From sequence record PV158447.1: a stretch of 64,000 bases of DNA. The stretch is one strand, 5' to 3'. Positions 18,355 through 29,260 of the stretch are shown here, one piece after another (the stretch's first letter is position 1; the number at the start of each line of letters is the position of its first letter). The notes under the pieces are model-generated. The model had not been told where the DNA came from, made no database searches, and was given only the letters and a program-made list of their open reading frames with translations. Position numbers and translations under genes: made by a program.

Positions 18355-21300
18355 ATGGCAACTGTTTTCACTCTCGCTCCTAAGAACTATTTCTTAGATG
18401 GCGAGGACTTAAACGTCACGCTCTCTATCATTTCTGATGACGGTACCAAAGCCACATTAGCGGTGATTGATCCACTGACCGAAGCAACTCACACTGCTAA
18501 TGGTACGCTGGAACCCACTTCGCAAGTTTTCGACGCTATCAAACAGGAAGTTCGGTTTATTATTCCTGTTTATCTTCCTAACCAAAAGTCTTTGAATTAC
18601 ATTTTCAAAGGTGGAAGCAACATTGATGGTTATAAGGTAGAGTTTCAAACATCCGTGACAGTGGACCCAATCACTGTCACGGTGACCGAACTCTTTGCCG
18701 AAGATCAGAAATTGAAGTTCGTCATTACAACTGAGCGAAGTGACACAGCAACACCAATTGAAACACAACCGGAAGTTTCTGTTAGTGAATTTTCCTACCA
18801 ACAAGGTTCTGGTGACTTAGTAATTACCAGTCATGATCCGGTTAAAGGTGAAACACACTGTGAACTCACCATGACCAATCCTCCTGTGAGGGATATGGAA
18901 CTCTTTGTGCTGGGTTCTGTTTTCTTCCAATTCGATCAATACGGAAGAACGATTAAGTTCTCTCGGAGAGAACGGAAGTCTCAGGTCTGGGAACAGTATC
19001 CTGAACCACTTGTTAATTACGCAGTTAAGAACATGTGGGGAAATCGAGAACTGGATAGTCAATACCAACTGAAGTTGAGCAGGATCACTCCGAAGTCAGG
19101 TTGGGTTGGGATCTTCTTTAGTGGTGGTAAGAGTTGGCGTTTGCCAAGGGAAGATAAGTTCTTCCACATTTACTCCATGGGTGGATTGAGCGCTAACTTC
19201 TGGAACTTTTTTAACCAGCGTATGGATTGGTATCCATTCAATACCTGGGTAAGAGCTTCTGAGATTTCTCACGATCGTAACGTAGATATCATTCCGTACA
19301 CAAGTGGTGGTCGCGTCTTCCTTCGAGACGAAACGTTTATCATGAATACGTTTGATGGAAACACCTTCGTTGCTTTCCCTGCGTTCTCCAGTTTCCCAAT
19401 CCCTGCCGAAGAGAACATGTACATTCGTTGCTACTCATCGGATATCAATACGGCAAATATCTCTCAGGGTAACCAAGATAAATGGCGGTTTGGGTATGCT
19501 TCTCGGGAGTATCTCCAAAGTACCGATTGGGATTACATTAAACAACGGTTTAACACATTCCTTGCGTTTGGGATGGGTGAAGTCAGTCTACTGGTCAACG
19601 GTGTGACCAGGGATCGTTCTAAGTACGTTCCTAAAGCCGGTGACTTGATGGAGGTTCGTTACGACCCCACCATCAACCAAGTTATCCGTTACAACTATTC
19701 ATCTCTGAATGACTTCTATTCGGAATTGGATAAGAAACGTAAACTCCTGTTGTTCCCTGCTCTAATCGGCAAACCAAGGATGTATCGTTACTTTGACGAT
19801 TGTGAATTCTCCGTTCGTAATAAACGAACTGGTGATGAACTTTATTATCATCGTAATAAATCCGACGCCATTCGGCAATTGACACATCAAGACTATTCAA
19901 TTTCAGCTACTTACGTTCAGTTCCTCATTGGTCAGTTGTTAGCGATTGAGGGAACTGGGGTCAGCACCGAAAATGATATTGAGATTGTTGTTCTTTACAG
20001 AGCAACCAAGTGGCAGTTCAAATTAGGCCCTAACGTTAGTCGTATCAACGATCTTTACTTACTAGAAAATCCGGCGAAGATCCTTGCTGCGATGGTAGGG
20101 ACCAATGCAACTGTGAAGGAATGGAGCGCTCCTGAGTTAGAAGCGAGTGCGGCTAACATTGTGCTCAATGGTATCTTCCAGGAACTCAACACTGAAACAG
20201 TTAGAAATGCATTGGGTTATAATGGGTGTTCTGTTGCTTTGAGTAGCTCTCCTTTCTACATGCCGTATCTGGTTCCAGGAACTCCTGGTCATGATGACGG
20301 TATAGAGACGCCTCCTTACGAGACTGGGTTAGGTTATCGAGTTCCTCCCACTTACGTAGAGAGCAGTACCGCTTACGAGTACGATAAGGACGGGTTGTTT
20401 TTACGAAGAACCTATCTTCAACAACGGGAGTTCTTTACTCCTGGAGAAGGTGGGTGGTACGTTGAATACGTTCTGGGTAAATCGACCACATGGTTGGATT
20501 ACATTGTTTCTCGTCAGGATGTTGTTCTGAAGAAAGGGTATGGGTTTCGTGTTTATAAGGCAGGGTGGATCATTGATCCAGATCAACCAAATCCTGAAAA
20601 GGAGAACCTCTTTGCTAACGAGTTTGAATTAACCAGTGATGGGTTCGACAAATACCCTGTTCCCACTGAAGTCAAGGTTTATCGTGACGGCGAATCGGGA
20701 AGTTCAGATCCTTCCATTGTAGCAAGGGGAGGGAAACCGGATGGGAAATGGGTTGATATCACTGGCACTAATGAATACCGGATTGAGAACGGTGTTTTGA
20801 TCTGGAACTTTGATGTCGGCAATCAAGTTGGGATGGTGCTGTTTGACAGTTCCCATTTGTTCAATGAGTTTGAGTTAGAGCACTTGGATAACTCTATCTT
20901 TCTAACGTTGACTCACACCTGGGATATCGGTGGCGTTCCTCTCACCATTCAACCTGCTCAAGTTGATGTGTGGTGTAATAACCATCCACTGATTGAGAAC
21001 GTTGATTACTACATGGATTTCCCTAACATCTATGTCGTTTCCAAGATGTGGTTGAAGGACGATGGAAAGAACAAGTTTGCTTATCGTTGCCGAGGACTCC
21101 ACAAAGACGGATTAGTCCCTAGTAGTGAATTGGGATTTGTTCAGAGTGGATGCATTGGTTATAACGGTCGGTACAACCTTCGGATAGATCGCCCCACCAG
21201 AACCATTGTTAATGGTCGACTGTTCTTAACCGAACACGTTGACTGGGCCGAGACATTGGGTCACGGGAATAACATGTTTCCGTATAACGGGATGCCATAC

Positions 21301-21792
21301 GAAGTGAAGCACATCTATTGTGCTAACCGATATGTCGATATGAATGATCTTTATTGGGGGTTTGAGGAGAGTCGTGATTTGGACAGACGGGTTGGTGCAT
21401 ATCTAACCGAATTCGTTGATTACAAACCAGAGATTGATCCCCAGCATCCCTACATGGAGACAGACCGTTATCGCTTGTTTAGTCCGTTGCTCAGTCAGCT
21501 TGTGAACGAAATGGTACTAGGGTTCCTGAAGGTTCCACCAAGGGATAATACCGAGATTGGTTATACTGATCAGTTGGTAGATGAGATTACCCAATCGTAT
21601 CAATGGCTCTTGGCTTACGATCCGATTAAGAAAGGCATGGATCCTAGGTTCTTCTCTTTCCATCCATACGTGAATGCTAACAAACCGACACTCACTCCTG
21701 ATCAACTGACACTCATCGGTCGTGTTAATGATCTTTACTTGGGTGGTGTCATCAAAATAGAAGGTTTCTTCGAGGTATCGAATAATGTTTGA
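18355..21792 (+). CDS. Large virion (tail/baseplate) protein (phiKZ gp27-like)
   Basis: 1145 aa, beta-rich; conserved synteny. Confidence 0.65.
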   Translation: MATVFTLAPKNYFLDGEDLNVTLSIISDDGTKATLAVIDPLTEATHTANGTLEPTSQVFDAIKQEVRFIIPVYLPNQKSLNYIFKGGSNIDGYKVEFQTSVTVDPITVTVTELFAEDQKLKFVITTERSDTATPIETQPEVSVSEFSYQQGSGDLVITSHDPVKGETHCELTMTNPPVRDMELFVLGSVFFQFDQYGRTIKFSRRERKSQVWEQYPEPLVNYAVKNMWGNRELDSQYQLKLSRITPKSGWVGIFFSGGKSWRLPREDKFFHIYSMGGLSANFWNFFNQRMDWYPFNTWVRASEISHDRNVDIIPYTSGGRVFLRDETFIMNTFDGNTFVAFPAFSSFPIPAEENMYIRCYSSDINTANISQGNQDKWRFGYASREYLQSTDWDYIKQRFNTFLAFGMGEVSLLVNGVTRDRSKYVPKAGDLMEVRYDPTINQVIRYNYSSLNDFYSELDKKRKLLLFPALIGKPRMYRYFDDCEFSVRNKRTGDELYYHRNKSDAIRQLTHQDYSISATYVQFLIGQLLAIEGTGVSTENDIEIVVLYRATKWQFKLGPNVSRINDLYLLENPAKILAAMVGTNATVKEWSAPELEASAANIVLNGIFQELNTETVRNALGYNGCSVALSSSPFYMPYLVPGTPGHDDGIETPPYETGLGYRVPPTYVESSTAYEYDKDGLFLRRTYLQQREFFTPGEGGWYVEYVLGKSTTWLDYIVSRQDVVLKKGYGFRVYKAGWIIDPDQPNPEKENLFANEFELTSDGFDKYPVPTEVKVYRDGESGSSDPSIVARGGKPDGKWVDITGTNEYRIENGVLIWNFDVGNQVGMVLFDSSHLFNEFELEHLDNSIFLTLTHTWDIGGVPLTIQPAQVDVWCNNHPLIENVDYYMDFPNIYVVSKMWLKDDGKNKFAYRCRGLHKDGLVPSSELGFVQSGCIGYNGRYNLRIDRPTRTIVNGRLFLTEHVDWAETLGHGNNMFPYNGMPYEVKHIYCANRYVDMNDLYWGFEESRDLDRRVGAYLTEFVDYKPEIDPQHPYMETDRYRLFSPLLSQLVNEMVLGFLKVPPRDNTEIGYTDQLVDEITQSYQWLLAYDPIKKGMDPRFFSFHPYVNANKPTLTPDQLTLIGRVNDLYLGGVIKIEGFFEVSNNV

Positions 21793-23524
21793 TAGTGCAC
21801 CGAGAACAACCAGCGCAGTAGGAGTCTTCCCAGGGAACCAACCACAGGTTCCCAATACTCCTGAGCGTAAGAACGTTTGGTATCTGGAACAAATTTACAA
21901 TCCAGACATCCACGACGTCGGAGATATGGACAAGTACATTATCCCTCGGGAAGGGGAGTGTGTTATTGACATGGTGGGTCACAGGTTCTATGAAGTAACA
22001 CACGTAGATCGCTTTGGTACCTGGAAGACCACACTGGGTCCTTGGGAAGTGGTCGACATTACTGGCGATAACGAGTATGACCTGTTCCCGAAACACGAGT
22101 ACGGTTTCCTTCAAGGGGAACTTGCACTCTGTATCGATTATTCTGTTCGTCCACCTGTGGCACGGGTCGATGCTAACTGCGTCGCTCCCGATGCGGCTTA
22201 TGGTATTCTCTACAAGGGGAGTGTTGCTGGTGACAAAGGAACGGTGATCTCTGCTCGCTATGCTGGGCTGGATTTGATTGATGACAAGATTCAGGTTTCT
22301 CCGGTTGTTTATGACAACTTGGAAAATCGAACTGTCATGGGTGCGGATAGTTTCAGTGTGAACGTTAACGAGAACGAAATGCCTAACGGTAGTCGGGCTT
22401 CGTTGGTTTATTATGATCAAGCTGGTCGAGTGATCCCTCCGATCTACTCACTAGCGACTCAGCACTGTGGTTATCTCCGTGATCACCAATTGGGTAAACG
22501 TTATGTGAAATCCATCGAGCTTATTTCTCCTTGGTTTACTAATAGCAGTAACCCTAATACACTATTCATTCCGATTAACGTTGCGTTGATCACTGTAGAG
22601 TTCCGGGCCAAAGTTCATTACTCCGATGGTACTTCGTCCGATGAAGTTCCGGTGAACAGCTACAATGGGAATGCCGGGTTCTCTCTGGCTGGTATTAACC
22701 AGTTCAAACCAACCGTACCTGGGCAAAGTTCTAACGCACTGGTTCTCACCTATGCCTTTAAGGACCATGAACAAGCTTATATTGTTCAACCTGGTGCACC
22801 TAACCACATGTCGGAACAATTTACCATCATCGCCACTCCGGCCGAAGGTGCATACTCCCCGAGGATCTACACTTATCCTTATTGGGATCCGACTGGTGGG
22901 TGGAAACTGAAACACTATCTCACCGACTTGGATCGTCGTTACTGTCGTGACGTCACCAACCAAGTGAAATTGAACGAGGCTTCTCCTGCGTTTGACGGTC
23001 GGAAGTATGGTGAAGAACAGAACCTGAGTTTTGTTCTCAACATGCGGGATGTGAGCGCACAGTTTGAACCGTGGAGCTTCATCCAAGACACAACGATTAC
23101 TCTCTACAACGATGGGAGTTCGGAAGGTCGTAAGTGGGATGTTCGTCACTCTTACGGGAAACCTGCATTCAACGCGTTGTCTCTGGAATTCGTTCCACAG
23201 ACTGGAGGTGGGTCTCTTGGTAAGTTTGCTGGATTCAATACCACCGCAGACTTCTTGAATGGAGCTTACTTCGGGTTTGACCCAATGCTGGATCCTCGTA
23301 CTGAGACCAAAGCACCAACACCTACCCACATGGATATCCTGAAAACCAATAACACTGCTAAGGTTGGTATTCCTGTTTCTGAATATAAGAGCATGGCATT
23401 GACTGATTTGGCACTGACTAATGGTGAAGGGATTTACATCCGTTGGGTACGCCGGGAGGAGAACGGTAACGAACTCCAGCTGGGTGTGTCCGCTGGTGTA
23501 TGTAAACAAGTACCTGTTATTTAA
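21785..23524 (+). CDS. Virion structural protein (phiKZ gp26-like)
   Basis: 579 aa immediately upstream of the terminase. Confidence 0.65.
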   Translation: MFDSAPRTTSAVGVFPGNQPQVPNTPERKNVWYLEQIYNPDIHDVGDMDKYIIPREGECVIDMVGHRFYEVTHVDRFGTWKTTLGPWEVVDITGDNEYDLFPKHEYGFLQGELALCIDYSVRPPVARVDANCVAPDAAYGILYKGSVAGDKGTVISARYAGLDLIDDKIQVSPVVYDNLENRTVMGADSFSVNVNENEMPNGSRASLVYYDQAGRVIPPIYSLATQHCGYLRDHQLGKRYVKSIELISPWFTNSSNPNTLFIPINVALITVEFRAKVHYSDGTSSDEVPVNSYNGNAGFSLAGINQFKPTVPGQSSNALVLTYAFKDHEQAYIVQPGAPNHMSEQFTIIATPAEGAYSPRIYTYPYWDPTGGWKLKHYLTDLDRRYCRDVTNQVKLNEASPAFDGRKYGEEQNLSFVLNMRDVSAQFEPWSFIQDTTITLYNDGSSEGRKWDVRHSYGKPAFNALSLEFVPQTGGGSLGKFAGFNTTADFLNGAYFGFDPMLDPRTETKAPTPTHMDILKTNNTAKVGIPVSEYKSMALTDLALTNGEGIYIRWVRREENGNELQLGVSAGVCKQVPVI

Positions 23525-23530
23525 CAACCT

Positions 23531-23560
23531 CAGAGTAGAGACCTTCGGGTCTCTACTCTG
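23531..23560 (+). terminator. Intrinsic terminator (UUCG loop)
   Basis: CAGAGTAGAGACC-TTCG-GGTCTCTACTCTG. Confidence 0.8.
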
Positions 23561-23618
23561 TTATGTTTGTGGGATCTTTTGTTAGTCTAATATAGTAAAC
23601 TATTAAGGATCCACCGAA

Positions 23619-26600
23619 ATGTCTGTAGAAACCCAATCTGATTTTGCCATTGCGAAAGCGATAGCAGATCATTTACATTTGTCTGGGGGAAAGCTTCCCA
23701 GATACCTGATGGATGATAAAGATAAACGTACTCCATTGGATGAAGAGAATGAACGTATTCTCGCGCACTACCATGAAGACTCTTTGTGGACACTAAAGAC
23801 AGTTCGTTTCTTAAAGGACTTCTCTCGCTTTAAAGCTGGCGTACATATGGAAACGAATAATAAAACGTTTCTTCGTACTGCTGAGTTATTCCGGCAGATG
23901 GGTATTAAGAACTATTACTTCTTGCTCCAGATCAATAACCCATTGCTGAAAGACGTCGATCCTTGGGATCCTAATCTCAGCGATGAAATTAAAGCAATGG
24001 TTCTCCAAGAATGTCAGGAGAACGTTTGGTACATTGTTCGTGAGGTCATCAAGATTGATGGTCGTAGGTTTAGAGCCAACCGGGCAGTTATCTCCTTTAT
24101 TTGGTCTTGCTTGAATCACATCCCGACTTTGATCCTCATGCCTCGTCAAAGTGGGAAAGCGATGGATGTCGAGGAACCCATTCGGACTCCCACTGGATGG
24201 ACCACCCACGGTGAAGTGAAAATTGGGGACAAGATCCTCAATAAGAACGGAACCGAGGGAACTGTAATCGGTGTTCATCCCCAAGGTAAACTGGATGGCT
24301 TTGAAGTCGAATTTCAGGACGGTCGTAAAGTTGTCACTTGCGGTGAACATCAATGGACCACTTGGGATCCGATTAAGCAAGTCGGTGGTCGGAAAGGTAG
24401 TTGGGAAACTTATACAACCGCTGAGATGTTTGAGCGCAAGTTAAGACTGAATCGTTCAGATGCTTCTCTTTCCATTCCGTTGATGGATGTTGACAAAACC
24501 ACTCCTCATAAAGATCTTCCTATTCCCCCTTATCTGTTGGGTTATTTGGTAGTTAAGGGTAAAGTGGAAAAAGGGAAGATTGTTTTCCCGTATGTCACTC
24601 CTGATGAATGTGCTCTAATTTCAGCAACCTTGCCAAAGGGTCTGAGGGTTGCTGCTAGCAACGATCTGCGCTCTGGATACATGGAGTGTGATCAAGGACT
24701 AGAACATCTCCTAGACGGGTTTAAAGCGCTTTATGGTGGGGTTAAGAGAAACAGTCGTAGATTACCTCAGGAATATCTGCTGGGAAGTTATACTCAGCGG
24801 CTGAAACTTCTAAATGGACTGCTAGATGCTCGTGGTCAGGTGAGTAGTTCTGGAACACCTTACTTCTTAAGTAGTAACAAAGGGCTCTGTAACGACGTAC
24901 AGGAACTTTGTTGGTCACTTGGCATGATTGCCTCGTTGAAAGAGAAGAAAGTGAAATTTGGGCTTCCTGGAAAGGAATCTGAGTCCATCTCTTATAACGT
25001 TAATATTCGTTGTAAAGATCCTACCATTCTTTTCACAGGGATTAAGAAGTTAAAGTTATCTGGGGCCGAGAAAACTAACGCCAGAAACAATAATGATAAA
25101 CTTACCATTAAGACTATTACGCCTCTTCATGAGAAACGTGAGATGGTCTGTATCGAGGTTGATAACAAGGACGAGTTATACATCACTCGTAACTACATTG
25201 TTACCCACAACACTGTCGGTATGCAAGTACTTGCATTCATCATGCAATATCTGATAGGTCGTGGTTTCAAGTCTGGTTTGATCACGCTTGCTGCACCTAA
25301 CCGAATGCAGTTCGTTAACGCCATTAAGAAGATTCGTTCAGGACTTCCTGAGTACATGACCGAAATGACCTACATGGATAAGGATGCTGGTAACATCCTA
25401 ACCTATCAGGCGTTTGGTGAAGACAAGAAGAATACATTTGAAATACGTGTTCCTAACGGCGGTGAGGACGGGGCTGATAACATTGGTCGTGGTGCCACGT
25501 GGGAAATGATGTTGGTGGATGAGCCGGCATGGATGAAGTATATCGAAAACATCCTTAACGGTGCAGGTCCTGCAACATTGACTGCTCAGAAGCTGGCGAG
25601 GGAAAGTGGGATTCCTTACTTCACTGCTCAAGCAACGACACCCAACTCCATTCTTAAGGACGAAGGTCGGTACATGTATGATGAGATGATGAAGTCTACG
25701 GAGTGGCGTGAAGCATTCTTCGATAGCTATTCTGAAACTCATCTGGTCGAACGTGTGATGAAGGCTTCTCCAATCAGCACCACTGCTCCTCGTTTAGTGA
25801 TGCAGTTTAACCACCTCCAATTGGGGTTCGGTAAAGACTGGGTTCGTGAAACCATGGACAAGTTGCGACTCTCTTGGTCTAAGGCCAAGATTGACTTGTT
25901 GATGATGTGGACTGAAGAAGGGAAGAACAAACTCTTTGATGATAAGACTCGGGAAAGACTGAGTGATGGGAAGTTAGAACCGATTTGGAATGAGGAGATT
26001 GGAGATACCGGACTATTCGTAGACTGGTTCGTTGATCAACCCACTCTTAAAGCGATTGTAAACGATCCTAACGAATTCTTGGTCTATGGGGTGGATACGT
26101 CTGATGCCGTAGATAAGGATGCGTGTACGCTCGTTATACGACGTATGAGGACAGGGGAGAACGTTGGGATAGGAAGATACCCATTGGCTTTCTTGGATGA
26201 CGTGACACAGGTACTGAAACATTTGATTGTGACCATTGAGAATAGTCTCTTGGTGATTGAACGTAACCGTGCAGCGCACATGATCGACCAATTGTTGATT
26301 GCTTTACCGGCTCTTGGGATTGATCCTTTCAAGCGTATCTTCAACGATATCTATCAAGATCCGGTTAAGTACAAGAACGAGTACCGTGATACTCAAGATG
26401 TGAGTTTCAAGTTCAGAACGAAAGACTTCTACTTGAAACACAAGAAACATTTTGGGTTTACCACTAACGCTCGTACTCGTGCTGAAATGTATGGATATAT
26501 TTTCGAAGCAGTTAACAACACGGGGAAAGGTGCTCGATATAGTAAATTAATTGATGAACTAATTGGATTGGAACGGGATGCAGATGGCCGTATCGATCAC

Positions 26601-26999
26601 AGTACTAAGGGTCACGATGACTTGGTCATCGCTTGGCTGCTTTCCTATTGGTTTTACAAATTGGGTTACAATAAAGCACTGTACGGTATTCCTGCTGGTT
26701 GCATGATGACATCTGTCACTCTCTTAGCTGAGAATCCTGACGAACCTCATTACGGTAAGGAGCAAATGGAGTTGTTCTTCCACGTTAAGAAACGTATAGA
26801 GGAGCTCTCTAAAGAACTGAGAGATTGTGATAACGGAATGATTGGTCAGCGGATAGAAATGGAAATGCGGGAGTTGGGTAAGTTCTTACCGAAAGATCTT
26901 CGTAAGACCATTACGATCGATGATGTCATAACCGAAGCACAAACGGAAAGGAACAAACGTGCTGTTAACAAGCGCATGGGTTTGTATGTAAGACGGTAG
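23619..26999 (+). CDS. terL: Terminase large subunit, intein-containing
   Basis: Walker A MPRQSGK|T split by an intein; Walker B MMLVDE; nuclease GVDTSDA...D and HDDLV. Confidence 0.92.
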   Translation: MSVETQSDFAIAKAIADHLHLSGGKLPRYLMDDKDKRTPLDEENERILAHYHEDSLWTLKTVRFLKDFSRFKAGVHMETNNKTFLRTAELFRQMGIKNYYFLLQINNPLLKDVDPWDPNLSDEIKAMVLQECQENVWYIVREVIKIDGRRFRANRAVISFIWSCLNHIPTLILMPRQSGKAMDVEEPIRTPTGWTTHGEVKIGDKILNKNGTEGTVIGVHPQGKLDGFEVEFQDGRKVVTCGEHQWTTWDPIKQVGGRKGSWETYTTAEMFERKLRLNRSDASLSIPLMDVDKTTPHKDLPIPPYLLGYLVVKGKVEKGKIVFPYVTPDECALISATLPKGLRVAASNDLRSGYMECDQGLEHLLDGFKALYGGVKRNSRRLPQEYLLGSYTQRLKLLNGLLDARGQVSSSGTPYFLSSNKGLCNDVQELCWSLGMIASLKEKKVKFGLPGKESESISYNVNIRCKDPTILFTGIKKLKLSGAEKTNARNNNDKLTIKTITPLHEKREMVCIEVDNKDELYITRNYIVTHNTVGMQVLAFIMQYLIGRGFKSGLITLAAPNRMQFVNAIKKIRSGLPEYMTEMTYMDKDAGNILTYQAFGEDKKNTFEIRVPNGGEDGADNIGRGATWEMMLVDEPAWMKYIENILNGAGPATLTAQKLARESGIPYFTAQATTPNSILKDEGRYMYDEMMKSTEWREAFFDSYSETHLVERVMKASPISTTAPRLVMQFNHLQLGFGKDWVRETMDKLRLSWSKAKIDLLMMWTEEGKNKLFDDKTRERLSDGKLEPIWNEEIGDTGLFVDWFVDQPTLKAIVNDPNEFLVYGVDTSDAVDKDACTLVIRRMRTGENVGIGRYPLAFLDDVTQVLKHLIVTIENSLLVIERNRAAHMIDQLLIALPALGIDPFKRIFNDIYQDPVKYKNEYRDTQDVSFKFRTKDFYLKHKKHFGFTTNARTRAEMYGYIFEAVNNTGKGARYSKLIDELIGLERDADGRIDHSTKGHDDLVIAWLLSYWFYKLGYNKALYGIPAGCMMTSVTLLAENPDEPHYGKEQMELFFHVKKRIEELSKELRDCDNGMIGQRIEMEMRELGKFLPKDLRKTITIDDVITEAQTERNKRAVNKRMGLYVRR
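24159..25211 (+). mobile_element. Class 3 intein (351 aa) with degenerate LAGLIDADG domain
   Basis: Starts at Ala (AMDVEEPIRTPTGW); W-C-T triplet (TCGEHQW, EMVCIEV, IVTHN); Thr+1 completes GK|T. Confidence 0.88.
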
Positions 27000-27012
27000 C
27001 ATAATAAAAGTA

Positions 27013-27042
27013 ACCTCTACTCCCCGTTTGGGGAGTAGAGGT
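27013..27042. terminator. Bidirectional terminator
   Basis: ACCTCTACTCCCC-GTTT-GGGGAGTAGAGGT between convergent terL and tmk. Confidence 0.8.
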
Positions 27043-27057
27043 CGTGATTAACGCCAT

Positions 27058-27750
27058 TTAAACTTCTGCGAAAAACCTAGCCATTTTGGCTTGGTGCTGA
27101 ACGGCACGCATATTCTTTTCTTTTTCTGCTTTCAGTTCCTTTGCCTCTTTGATTGCTTCCAAGGACATCGACACATTAGCAATCTCTTTGGTCAAGATAC
27201 GAACACAAACGCCGCGTTTCTCCAGAATACGAAGACTAGCGAAATATTTCTCACGGTATTCCTCAAAGATCCTCTTATCTAAGAACATTCTGTCTTTTGC
27301 GTCTACGGCACGGCCTTCCTTCTCCGCTTTATTGAAACGTTCAATAAACGTCTCGTGATCGATATCACAGAACAATACCAAGTCAGGAAGAATATTGAAA
27401 CCGTTCAGTTCCAACAGTCGTTTATTGACATCCAATACTTCTTCTGGAAGGACATTGTTGTCTGATTGGTAAACCATCGAACTGAGTACATTGCGATCAG
27501 AGATTACAGTACGAGCATGGGAAACGTAAGGCCCAACAACTGCTTTGAACCCAGCCAAACGAGCAACGGCATAACCTTGGATCTCTTGGTCTTTAGTCAT
27601 GGTGTTAGAAACAAGTTTGGCCTTGAGTTCCTTACCTTCCTTTGTTTCGGTGAAAGGTTCCATGGTAAACCGTGCTTTGATCGTTTCAGCGATCTGTTTA
27701 CCGAGGGTTGATTTCCCGGCAAAATCAATACCTTCCATTACGATATACAT
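27058..27750 (-). CDS. tmk: Thymidylate (dNMP) kinase
   Basis: EGIDFAGKST P-loop, EPF, ISDRNVLSSMVYQ, PDLVLFCDID. Confidence 0.9.
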   Translation of the reverse strand: MYIVMEGIDFAGKSTLGKQIAETIKARFTMEPFTETKEGKELKAKLVSNTMTKDQEIQGYAVARLAGFKAVVGPYVSHARTVISDRNVLSSMVYQSDNNVLPEEVLDVNKRLLELNGFNILPDLVLFCDIDHETFIERFNKAEKEGRAVDAKDRMFLDKRIFEEYREKYFASLRILEKRGVCVRILTKEIANVSMSLEAIKEAKELKAEKEKNMRAVQHQAKMARFFAEV

Positions 27751-27784
27751 TGTACAAATGTTCCTTTATAAATTGTTATGGTTG

Positions 27785-29260
27785 TTAGCTGTAATGTTGC
27801 ATGGTGAGTGTTCTGAGAACAATGTACAGCATTAAAGCAGTACGCAATTGAGCTACGGTGTACGGGGTACGTATCCCCGTCATTGTAGAAACGATTTTAT
27901 CCCCATTCGTTCGTAACTTCTGAATAAGGCTATTGGATGACTTGTTAGAAGTGTACGCACCACGAAGTTTGTAAAGTACGTTGGTGAGATCCGTGTGCCG
28001 GATGGAGTTCCCGCTCAGATATTCAAAGAGATGTGTCACAACGTCATCTACGAACTCTCTGTACGATTCTCCTTTGGGATGTCCGTATTGAACAGGAAAA
28101 TCTTGAACAAGGGCCGAGAGCTTATCACTAAACTGATTAGCAGAACGACTATCATCGACTGCTTTTGCAGCATAAGTTATTAACTCTTGTTTGTAAAAAC
28201 TACGTCCGTCATTCAGGATGCCGGTAACGTAGTTCCTGAACATGTTGACTTTCTTCTGAACGTCTTTAATGTTCACTTCCCCATCCATGATCGCCATCCC
28301 AGATTCAGTTTGAACCAACTCAACAGAATCCTTGACTTCATAAAGGACTTTGGTGTAGTCGTTCATCACTGCTTTAAGACGAGATTCCATGTCATTCACC
28401 ATGTAAACGATTTTCTTGTCGTCATCCATTTTGGTGAAAGCAGGGACATGGATTCCCGTTCTGGGATTGATGATAAACTCTCCGCGTGCTTTAAACAATT
28501 CGTTCCAAGAACCATAACGTTTGATATCAAACTTCATGGAAAGCTTGTTATACGCGGTCTGGGCTACACTGGGCTTAACCAGGTAACCAAAGTAATGGTT
28601 CATAATGGACGTGAGAATGCGATAATGGAACAGCATCACCAAGTTGATCAAAGCTTCCTCTTTCATACTAGCCGAAAGAGTGGACTGTGTCACCCTGTGC
28701 ATAAGGTACACAATAGACAGGTTAAAAGCATCCGAGGAAACTTTAAAGTCCTTGTTGATCCATTTTGTCTTTATCAACTCATCCCTGAGTTTTACTTCGT
28801 CCACGTCGATAATGTCTGTGAAGAAAGCAATTCGGTCACTGGTCTTAAACAGAATACGATGTGTCCCGAGATAAGGGGAACCGAAGAACTCAGTGTGTTC
28901 ATTATCCTTGGTTGCGAAACCGTAGACAAAACGACGAAGCGTAGAGAACCAACGTTGGTTGATTTCTAAACCCTCTGTCATTTGATCAAAGATATCTTTA
29001 ACCGCATTATCTCGGTTATACTTGAAATTGGGAGCGAGCGCTTCTAACCCAGAGAACCCTTCTATGCTGGAGAAGTAATCTTCCAAACCACCGTAGATGT
29101 TGACAGTGGGAACGGGATAGAACATGGTGTTGAAACTTTCAGAACCTTGGACAGAAAGGAGTTCCTGAAGTTCTTGATAATCTCCAGCCCAATCCTGTTC
29201 TAACGTCTGGACGTATTGAGGATTGAAATAAGTGGAGGCGTAGTGATTCTGTTGTAACAT
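27785..29260 (-). CDS. Conserved virion protein with putative protease-processed N-terminal propeptide
   Basis: Acidic N-terminus with GSES/GLED/SIEG/GLEA sites like phiKZ-type head protease sites; phiKZ gp32/33-like position. Confidence 0.55.
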   Translation of the reverse strand: MLQQNHYASTYFNPQYVQTLEQDWAGDYQELQELLSVQGSESFNTMFYPVPTVNIYGGLEDYFSSIEGFSGLEALAPNFKYNRDNAVKDIFDQMTEGLEINQRWFSTLRRFVYGFATKDNEHTEFFGSPYLGTHRILFKTSDRIAFFTDIIDVDEVKLRDELIKTKWINKDFKVSSDAFNLSIVYLMHRVTQSTLSASMKEEALINLVMLFHYRILTSIMNHYFGYLVKPSVAQTAYNKLSMKFDIKRYGSWNELFKARGEFIINPRTGIHVPAFTKMDDDKKIVYMVNDMESRLKAVMNDYTKVLYEVKDSVELVQTESGMAIMDGEVNIKDVQKKVNMFRNYVTGILNDGRSFYKQELITYAAKAVDDSRSANQFSDKLSALVQDFPVQYGHPKGESYREFVDDVVTHLFEYLSGNSIRHTDLTNVLYKLRGAYTSNKSSNSLIQKLRTNGDKIVSTMTGIRTPYTVAQLRTALMLYIVLRTLTMQHYS

